The translations under genes and the position numbers were made by a program. From Fidelibacterota bacterium (lineage in GTDB: Bacteria; Fidelibacterota; UBA2242; JAFGTP01), in NCBI GenBank assembly GCA_016934035.1, contig JAFGTP010000012.1, forward strand, positions 11,879 through 75,878: 64,000 nucleotides of DNA, in the 5' to 3' direction. Each line of letters starts with the position of its first letter. The first letter of the stretch is position 1. Under the pieces are notes generated by a model. The model saw only the letters and a program-made list of their open reading frames with translations, had not been told where the DNA came from and made no database searches. This document shows, one piece after another, positions 9,804-16,723 of the stretch.

Positions 9804-10958
9804 ATGAATAAACCGAGATATTTTCAGCTGTTGATGGTTTTGCTTTTTATATTACAAAATTTATTTCCCTGCACCACCGGTCTGGTGGACAGAAAATATG
9901 CGACCGGTAAACGAGCCATTTTATGGAAAAACAGGGATTCATCTCATGAAAAAAATGAGTTCTTTTTGTTTAAGCGGGGGGATTTTAAATTTTTTGGAAT
10001 TATCAATAACAATGATACGACCCAGGTTTGGTCCGGAGTGAATAATTTTGGCTTTGCGATCATGAATGCTGAGTCCCGGGATTTAATCACTATTGGGGAC
10101 ACTACTTTTTATGATGATGAAGGCTATCTGATGAAGGAGGCCTTGACAAAATGTAAATCAATCGAAGATTTTGAAAAGTTACTGTCCCTATCCAATATTT
10201 CCGGCAGAAAAGTGACCTCCAATTTTGGTGTCATTGACGCTTCCGGAAGGGGTGCCTATTTTGAGACAGGAAATTGTTCTTATATTCGTTATGATGCGGA
10301 CCAGGAATTTCTCATACGGGCCAATTTTTCTCTGGCCGGCAGAGGTCATGAGAAATATGGGCTTTACCGTTATCAAAGAGCCAAAGAATGGTTTGAAAAA
10401 CTCAAGCGGGAAAGAGCACTTACACCAGCAGGTATTATCAACCATGTGATTGCCGATCCTTATCTGGTTCCATCGGTCACAAAGGAAAATTTTCATGAAT
10501 ACGAAAAAGTGCTGCTTTATGATTCAATTTGTCGTTATTCCACTGTTGCTGTGTCGATTGTGGAAGGCATAAAAAAGAACGAGCATCCCGAGATGACGAC
10601 CTTTTGGCTGAATTTGGGCCATTCGGCGGCCTCAGTCTCTATTCCCCTCTGGTTGTACAGCGATTCAGTTCCCAACGGTTTTGAAGGAATTGAAGAATCG
10701 GAACTGAATGCCTTATACCGAAAACTACGTGCTTATATTTTTGAAGGGGACCCCAAAAAAGTGTCGCCGGAAAAATATCTTGAAATCAGACAAAAACTGG
10801 ATAAAATCCAGATGGAAATTAATCATCGTACAGCAGAAAAACTGGACTTTTGGCGAAAGCATATGCCAACGCGGCAAGAGGTTGCTGAATTTCAAAATGA
10901 TCTAACCCAGGGTGTCCTGAGCAATATAAAAAAAATAGTGGATTCTTTACCATTATAG
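9804..10958 (+). CDS. Secreted Ntn-hydrolase superfamily protein (C45/C59-like, Cys nucleophile)
   Basis: Signal peptide ending ...LFPC, followed by CTTGLV...KRAILWKNRDS. This resembles the N-terminal nucleophile Cys and the R-N-x-D motif of choloylglycine-hydrolase/C45 acyltransferase families. ATG 9804 is preferred over GTG 9801 (GAGGA RBS 7 nt upstream). Confidence 0.45.
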   Translation: MNKPRYFQLLMVLLFILQNLFPCTTGLVDRKYATGKRAILWKNRDSSHEKNEFFLFKRGDFKFFGIINNNDTTQVWSGVNNFGFAIMNAESRDLITIGDTTFYDDEGYLMKEALTKCKSIEDFEKLLSLSNISGRKVTSNFGVIDASGRGAYFETGNCSYIRYDADQEFLIRANFSLAGRGHEKYGLYRYQRAKEWFEKLKRERALTPAGIINHVIADPYLVPSVTKENFHEYEKVLLYDSICRYSTVAVSIVEGIKKNEHPEMTTFWLNLGHSAASVSIPLWLYSDSVPNGFEGIEESELNALYRKLRAYIFEGDPKKVSPEKYLEIRQKLDKIQMEINHRTAEKLDFWRKHMPTRQEVAEFQNDLTQGVLSNIKKIVDSLPL

Positions 10959-11206
10959 AAGCTTTGTCTAATTTTTATCCACTGGATTAAATTATAACAG
11001 CCCGCTCGGTAAAGTGGTGAATATTCCAATTTAAATTCCATCTTGCGGCTTTTTCTTTATAAAAATCAAGAAAATATGTCTAAAAATTACACAACCTTAG
11101 AGTGGTTGAAAATTTAACTTAACCAATTGATTTTATATTAATTAGATAAAATAGTAGGATTGGTGTTTCTTTTGGCATTCTCCTTTTAACAAAATGAGAG
11201 ATTGCC

Positions 11207-11623
11207 ATGAAGAAATTTTTAATACCAATAATTTTAATTCTGATCACCACCACTTTTCTTCCTGCACAGGACATGAAATGGAGGTGGTCTAATTCTGCCT
11301 TTAACGTCACACCTGAAGCCAATTTAACCCACCTGATCGGAAGTGCTTTTCTGGCAGACTATTTTGAAAGTCGTGGTCTGGTATGGTGGCAGGCGGATCT
11401 GGCTGCTTTCGGTATGGGACTGGCCTGGGAAATTAAAGATGGTTTTGTACCTTATGAAAGTGTGCCGGTTTTTGGTGCTGAGGGCTTTTCAAAAATGGAT
11501 ATTGCTGTGGACCTTGCCGGAGTTTTACTGAATCGTGCGATAAATATTACCCTGGAAAAAGCTTTTAAAATGGATCGAAAAGATCGAAGGGAACCCAGGG
11601 ATCCGGGCGATTACTACTATTGA
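11207..11623 (+). CDS. Small secreted/membrane protein, function unknown (possibly YfiM/DUF2279-like)
   Basis: Signal peptide MKKFLIPIILILITTTFLPAQ. The motif WEIKDG...GFSKMDIAVDLAG is reminiscent of DUF2279, a weak recognition only. Confidence 0.45.
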   Translation: MKKFLIPIILILITTTFLPAQDMKWRWSNSAFNVTPEANLTHLIGSAFLADYFESRGLVWWQADLAAFGMGLAWEIKDGFVPYESVPVFGAEGFSKMDIAVDLAGVLLNRAINITLEKAFKMDRKDRREPRDPGDYYY

Positions 11624-11644
11624 TTTTGAGAGCAACTGTTGAGA

Positions 11645-11685
11645 TAAAAAAAAGGTTCCTGCTTAAATTGCAAAGCAGGAACCTT
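11645..11685 (-). terminator. Hairpin terminator between convergent genes (T-tract on the minus strand)
   Basis: 13-bp perfect stem AAGGTTCCTGCTT (11652-11664) / AAGCAGGAACCTT (11673-11685) with an 8-nt loop. An A7 run on the plus-strand 5' side gives a U-tract for the minus-strand transcript. Confidence 0.65.
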
Positions 11686-11711
11686 CTTGTACTTTATAAT
11701 TGTGAATGTTA

Positions 11712-12629
11712 TTAAAGAGTATTGGTAACAGTTCGAATTTTATTGGTTGCCAGAAACACATCGGCAACATATTTTTTGCTGTAATTATAACGGAGAAGCG
11801 CTTTACGTTTTGAATAATAACTGTCTGACCAGCCTTTTTCTTTCAGATAATTGGCTGTTGAATGGATCGCGTCTCGATAATTGAAGAGATCAATTTTATT
11901 GTCGCCGTCTCCGTCAACTGCATACTGATTGAAACTTGATGGCATGAATTGGCAATAACCAAAAGCGCCGGCAAAAGAGCCCCGCAGTTCCATAATATTG
12001 TAGTTTTCATTGATATACATCTCAATGAGATTGGCAAGTTCATATCGGGCCATTTGTGCCTTCTTCTGTGCATAATTTTCATAATAGGACAGAATATTTT
12101 TAAGTTGCATGGTAGAACTGGAGGCATATTGTTTTTTTATTTCCAGTCTCATTTCTCGGATTGCAAATTCCTGGTCACTCAAAGCCAGTGAACTGAGAAT
12201 ATTGAATATGCGATAATCTCCGGTGAAATGACCGAATTTTGTTTCCACATAGATAATCGCCGCGATGGCCTCTTTCTCAACACCGTACCTTATTTCGGCA
12301 TCGACAAGATCAGAATAATACTCTTGAATAAAATCTTCGGTTTTGTGTTTGGTGACTTCCAGTTCGATTTCATCGGCATCTACATTATTTTCCGGAATTT
12401 TTGTCAAAATTAAATTTGGGTAATACTGGATTCTTGAATCATTAAATAAAAACTGAGTTATCTCTTTGGAGTATCCCACGGTTTCAAGATAATTCAAAAG
12501 GGACTCGTATTTTGCATCATAGCCCTTGTGAAAGATGTTTGTCACGCTACTTGAACTGTCAACAATTCCGGGTCTGGCTAACAAAAAGAGTAAAGTAGCG
12601 TAAAGTATAAATTTTTTTCTAATTAACAT
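11712..12629 (-). CDS. Lytic murein transglycosylase, MltB family
   Basis: YGVEKEAIAAIIYVETKFG (catalytic Glu context) and FAGAFGYCQFMPSSF...DGDGDNKIDL...AIHSTANYLKEKGW are typical of the SLT_2/MltB family. I prefer ATG 12629 (MLIRKKF..., signal peptide) over the TTG at 12665 used by the ORF track. Confidence 0.8.
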   Translation of the reverse strand: MLIRKKFILYATLLFLLARPGIVDSSSSVTNIFHKGYDAKYESLLNYLETVGYSKEITQFLFNDSRIQYYPNLILTKIPENNVDADEIELEVTKHKTEDFIQEYYSDLVDAEIRYGVEKEAIAAIIYVETKFGHFTGDYRIFNILSSLALSDQEFAIREMRLEIKKQYASSSTMQLKNILSYYENYAQKKAQMARYELANLIEMYINENYNIMELRGSFAGAFGYCQFMPSSFNQYAVDGDGDNKIDLFNYRDAIHSTANYLKEKGWSDSYYSKRKALLRYNYSKKYVADVFLATNKIRTVTNTL

Positions 12630-13156
12630 AAACGAGAGTTCCTTATTAAAAAATTTTAATTTCAAATGTTAAATTATGGTCAATTATTATTCCATTGCGT
12701 TCAAGTTTACAACAAAAATTCTTTTTATGCAATGAAAAATCTGGTGGCATAATTTATTGTTTTTTAAATATTTGTTATGTGGTTCTCCTCGATAAATTTC
12801 TATGTTTATGTCTGATCTGAAGAGAAAATTGGAAAGTTGAAAAAAAATTTAATCAAAATATTATTTTATTTTAATATGAAAATGTCCTTTACCTTTTAAT
12901 TGGCTCTAATAAAGTTGTTTATTGTGTTTCATTATTTTCATTAATCATTAAAAGTATTAAAAGGATTAATTAATAGTAATATTTTTTTTGACGATTTTTT
13001 TGTGATTTATATCATAATTTTTTATGGAAAATTTACACTTTATTGATGGTTCCGGATATTTTTTGCGGGTTTAATTGTTGGTCTTTATGGCTTTTTTTCT
13101 TTTTTGTTTTTGCGGATTACTGTTATATATTCTGAGCAATTGAATTAGAGGAATTT

Positions 13157-14362
13157 ATGGATCAAAATATTCAAATTTTTACGGCAAAGTGGGTGCTGCC
13201 CATTTCAAAAAATCCTATCGAAAATGGTGCTGTGGCAATCAGGAACAATGAGATTATCGGTGTTGACAGTATCGGCAATATTACGTCAAAATTCAGTGGG
13301 AAAATCACGGATTTGGGCAATAGTATCATTTTTCCCGGATTTGTAAATGTCCATACCCATCTGGAACACGGAAAAATTACTGAAAAAGTCGGTTCTTATC
13401 TGGATTTTTTGACAAAAGTAAAAACTGAGATGGATGCGTTATCCAAGGAAATTAAACAAGAGAATATTCATCAGAACATTTTAAAAAGTATTGAAAATGG
13501 TGTGGTTGCAATTGCTGATTTTTCAAGCGACGGTGAATCTGCTGCACTTTTGTTGGAAAACCCAATATATGCCCGGGTTTTTCATGAAATGAATGAATTG
13601 AAGGCCTATCGCGCCAGAGATGTTTTTAATCAGCATAAATATATTATCAATGATTTTCATCCCGATAAAAGTGTGACCCAGCATTTTGCCTATAATTCAG
13701 TCTGGCGAAACTCAGCAGAACTTCTGCGTGAGATCAGTGTCAAAGAGCAACATATTTCTGTGCATATGGCAGTTACTGAAGAAGAACAAAATTTTTTGAT
13801 GACCGGTGAGGGGCGGTTAAAACAATTTCTACTCAACCAGAATGAATTTGATTATTCTTTTCAGGCGCCGGGTGAATCACCGTTTATGTATTTTATGAAT
13901 AATCATTTTTTCTCAAAGCATAATATCCTTATTCACATGTTGCATGTGAATGAATTGGAGTTAAAAAAAATCAATGATTTTCAGACCAAAATTAATATCT
14001 GCATCTGCCCCAGAAGTGTTGAGGTACTAAATCTGAAAAAGCCAGATGTCCAGATGTTTTTGCGCAACAACATTAATGTCTGCCTCGGCACAGAATCACC
14101 GGCTCTGATTCCTGATCTCGATATGAGGCGGGAATTGATTAAATGCATCGATGACTTTCATATCAGGCCTGAAATCGCCATGAAATTTGCCTGTTTAAAC
14201 GGGGCCTATGCCATCGGGTATCACCGGGAAGTTGGAAGTTTGGATCCTGGGAAAACAGCCAGGTGCCTATACATTAATATAGATAGTGAAATTAATATGG
14301 ACCCCTATGAAGCGATCTTATCTTCAGGCGATGAGGCGAACTGGTTAACGGAGAATATATAA
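13157..14362 (+). CDS. Metal-dependent amidohydrolase family protein (deaminase/chlorohydrolase-like)
   Basis: The N-terminal beta-sandwich leads into FPGFVNVHTHLEH (HxH metal motif). Overall length is ~400 aa. The substrate cannot be assigned. Confidence 0.7.
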   Translation: MDQNIQIFTAKWVLPISKNPIENGAVAIRNNEIIGVDSIGNITSKFSGKITDLGNSIIFPGFVNVHTHLEHGKITEKVGSYLDFLTKVKTEMDALSKEIKQENIHQNILKSIENGVVAIADFSSDGESAALLLENPIYARVFHEMNELKAYRARDVFNQHKYIINDFHPDKSVTQHFAYNSVWRNSAELLREISVKEQHISVHMAVTEEEQNFLMTGEGRLKQFLLNQNEFDYSFQAPGESPFMYFMNNHFFSKHNILIHMLHVNELELKKINDFQTKINICICPRSVEVLNLKKPDVQMFLRNNINVCLGTESPALIPDLDMRRELIKCIDDFHIRPEIAMKFACLNGAYAIGYHREVGSLDPGKTARCLYINIDSEINMDPYEAILSSGDEANWLTENI

Positions 14363-14381
14363 AAAAACACTTTTTAATAAA

Positions 14382-14413
14382 AAAGCCCTTCCCAAAAAGA
14401 AGGGCTTTTTTTG
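14382..14413 (+). terminator. Rho-independent terminator of the amidohydrolase gene
   Basis: AAAGCCCTTC-ccaaaaa-GAAGGGCTTT followed by TTTTTT. Confidence 0.8.
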
Positions 14414-14464
14414 TTATCAGGAACAAAAATAAAAAAGAGAAAGTAAAAAATATTTGGAAAAGAA

Positions 14465-14493
14465 TTGATAAAGAAGATATTAGTTTTTATATA
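14465..14493 (+). promoter_or_regulatory. Candidate sigma-70 type promoter (TTGATA-N17-TATATA)
   Basis: -35 at 14465-14470 and -10 at 14488-14493, ~125 nt upstream of ATG 14622. Confidence 0.3.
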
Positions 14494-14621
14494 GACAATA
14501 CAGCGATAAATTTACATGAGAACTCATTCTACTGACATAAAAATACAAATTACAATAAAGTCTGGTCTGTTTTAGATGCAGGCATTTTTTATTGTCACAA
14601 TCTAAACTCAAGGAGGTCAAT

Positions 14622-15761
14622 ATGATTGAAAAAAGCATGGTTTCAGAATTAACAAACTACAAAGAATCATCAAGTCCGGTTACTACTGCCTACATCACCG
14701 TTGACAATAACGCTGAAAACAGAGGAAAGCACATTATTGAACTGAAAAAAATGATCCAATATAAAAAAAGCACATCATATTTTAAAGAATTAAGCGAATC
14801 CGAACAATCATCGGTTATCAGGGATTTTGAAAAAATCCTGGAATGGGTCAAGAATAACTTTGATAATAAGGAGTACAATTCGGCTATTATATTCAGCTCA
14901 GAATCGACGGGGTATTGGAAAACAATTGTTTTAAAGCAAAAGATGGAAAACCTGATTGAAATACATATGAAGCCCTACATTCGGCCTTTGACGACACTTT
15001 TTGAAGATTCCAAAAAATATGCTGTCGTTCTGGTTGACAAGGCAAAAGGGCGCATTTTTGAATCAAATTATGGTGAATTCTCAGAAGTCTTCAATATTAA
15101 AGAAGAGGACTATGAATCAGCCATCACTGGCGGATATCGAGGTATGGAGGAGAGAAAAATCGAGCGCGCCAACCATAAGCAGGTGGTTGAACATTATAAA
15201 AAGATTTCAGATGAGCTTATGAAACTGGACCAGAAAAATAAATACAACTGGATTGTTGTAGGTGGAAGAAAGGAATCTGTCAATGAGTTTAAAGAATATC
15301 TGCACAGTTATGTAAAAACGAAAATTTCCGGAACCTTGTTTGTCGAGCCTTCGGCCAATATCAAAGAAGTTCTGGATGAAATTGAGAAGACAGAAAAAGA
15401 ATCCAGGATGCATTTTGAACAAAAATATCTTGAATTACTGAATGAGAAAAAACAACAGCTACTGGCCGCCGAAGGTGTGGAAGAAATCATTCAGGCCGCT
15501 AAAGCGCAACAGATCGACACGCTTTTCATCAAAGAAAATTTTAAAATAAAAGGAAAATATTGCAAACGGGATAGTTTTGTCACTACAGCCAATATCGATA
15601 AATGCCCGGAATGCGGCTCTCAGCTGGAAAGAACGGACGATTTGATCGAGCATATTTTGCATCTGACCATTCAACAGTCATCCAAAATAAAATATGTCAA
15701 TGGAACTTTTGATGAGCATGGCAAAATAGCGGCTTTTTTACGCTTTCCGCTGGTAAAATAA
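14622..15761 (+). CDS. Bacterial eRF1/Pelota-like protein (baeRF-type) with GGQ replaced by GGY and a CPEC zinc-ribbon-like insert
   Basis: The central and C-terminal regions align by eye with eRF1:
- YAVVLVDKAKGRIFES
- ITGGYRGMEERKIERANHKQVVEHY, matching [26 protein letters not shown]
- [14 protein letters not shown]
- [22 protein letters not shown]
- GKIAAFLRFP, matching GGIGGILRY
The true start is ATG 14622, with AAGGAGG 5 nt upstream. The track start at 14592 is a TTG. Confidence 0.7.
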   Translation: MIEKSMVSELTNYKESSSPVTTAYITVDNNAENRGKHIIELKKMIQYKKSTSYFKELSESEQSSVIRDFEKILEWVKNNFDNKEYNSAIIFSSESTGYWKTIVLKQKMENLIEIHMKPYIRPLTTLFEDSKKYAVVLVDKAKGRIFESNYGEFSEVFNIKEEDYESAITGGYRGMEERKIERANHKQVVEHYKKISDELMKLDQKNKYNWIVVGGRKESVNEFKEYLHSYVKTKISGTLFVEPSANIKEVLDEIEKTEKESRMHFEQKYLELLNEKKQQLLAAEGVEEIIQAAKAQQIDTLFIKENFKIKGKYCKRDSFVTTANIDKCPECGSQLERTDDLIEHILHLTIQQSSKIKYVNGTFDEHGKIAAFLRFPLVK

Positions 15762-15783
15762 TATTAGGTCCAATTAAAAACAG

Positions 15784-15822
15784 ATCTCGTGCAGTCTTGA
15801 GGGGTTGCACGAGATTTTTTTT
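15784..15822 (+). terminator. Rho-independent terminator
   Basis: ATCTCGTGCA (15784-15793) / TGCACGAGAT (15806-15815) followed by T8. Confidence 0.8.
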
Positions 15823-16246
15823 AAAGCTTAATTAATTAAAGAAATACTCCATTTAAAATAATATTGTTTATATAATTGTGTAAAAAAAACAGTAAAAAAC
15901 AGCAAGGTTTTATGAAATCGGGGTATTTGTGTAGAAAAAATATTTTGTGAGTGACAATCTGCATTACCGCCTTCAAAATGAAACAGCGATCATTATTTTG
16001 GGAAAATAAGAATAGGATGGTCTTTAAAAAAGATGAGTTATTTCTTTCAGGAAATGAAATTTTCAGAGAACAAGGTGTTAGCCCTTGCTGATAGTTCAGG
16101 CTAAAACTGCTGGTGTGGGATAAAAAATAAGGACGGCTTCAAAATTTATTGAATTTTATTGTTTTTTATTTGATAAATAACAAGAAATTGAGCCTGTTTT
16201 CATTATTGATTAGTATTTTCCGTAAAAAGGTTAGTATAATAAAATA

Positions 16247-16262
16247 TGTGATATGAATCACA
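16247..16262. promoter_or_regulatory. Perfect CRP/FNR-family type palindrome TGTGA-N6-TCACA
   Basis: TGTGAtatgaaTCACA, centred ~82 bp upstream of the start site predicted for the 16302-16330 promoter. Confidence 0.35.
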
Positions 16263-16301
16263 AAAATAATTAATGGTTATCATTTTGACGATAAAAATTA
16301 C

Positions 16302-16330
16302 TTGACAAGATGAAAAAAAAATTATAAAAT
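16302..16330 (+). promoter_or_regulatory. Candidate sigma-70 promoter P1 (TTGACA-N17-TAAAAT)
   Basis: Perfect -35 at 16302-16307, exact 17-bp spacer, and -10 TAAAAT at 16325-16330. Confidence 0.35.
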
Positions 16331-16526
16331 GAAAACCGTCGATATAAAATGAAATCAGCGAGTAAAATTAAGTTAGGAAAAAGGATTGTTTGTCAAAATT
16401 TTACTTGATTAACCGAAAAAAAAATGATAATGTACTTTGAATATTATTCGAAACTATTGTTTTGAATCCTTTTATTGCCGGAGAAAGCCGGCTGGCAATA
16501 AAAAAAATTATAGAGGAGAAAATCTC

Positions 16527-16555
16527 TTGACAACAACTGGTAATTTTAGTAATAT
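16527..16555 (+). promoter_or_regulatory. Candidate sigma-70 promoter P2 (TTGACA-N17-TAATAT)
   Basis: Perfect -35 at 16527-16532, 17-bp spacer, and -10 TAATAT at 16550-16555. It would give a ~155-nt leader for the giant gene. Confidence 0.35.
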
Positions 16556-16642
16556 TTGTATAATTTGACGCATACACATTATTTCATTAAGAGGAAAGTC
16601 AATTTTTATGGTATTTTTATGATTAAAATTAAAAGGAGGACA

Positions 16643-16723
16643 ATGAAGATCGAATCAAACGAAAATATTTTTTTAACCTTAAGACGTAAGTTAATTTCTA
16701 ATTTAGGAGGTATTGTATTATGA
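16643..16723 (+). CDS. Candidate 26-codon upstream ORF (MKIESNENIFLTLRRKLISNLGGIVL), stop overlapping the giant-gene start (ATGA)
   Basis: AAGGAGG at 16633-16639, 3 nt before the ATG. The TGA stop at 16721-16723 overlaps ATG 16720-16722. It falls below the ORF-track size cut-off. Confidence 0.25.
   Translation: MKIESNENIFLTLRRKLISNLGGIVL

Noticed and set aside
16466-16510. Hairpin TTATTGCC-(ggagaaagccggct)-GGCAATAA in the giant-gene upstream region, considered as a terminator.
   Set aside because: It is followed by an A-run on the plus strand, and on the minus strand the T-run precedes the stem. It therefore does not fit an intrinsic terminator in either orientation. It may still be a structural element of the long leader.
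16559-16564. Perfect TATAAT box downstream of the TTGACA at 16527.
   Set aside because: The spacer to that -35 box would be 26 bp. TAATAT at 16550-16555, with a 17-bp spacer, is the better partner.
16591-16600. GAGGAAAGTC, identical to the first 10 nt of the universally conserved RNase P RNA CR-I element (GAGGAAAGUCCGGGC).
   Set aside because: The match stops before CCGGGC. The surrounding sequence is AT-rich and unstructured, and no other RNase P conserved regions are present. I take it as a chance match inside the leader of the giant gene.
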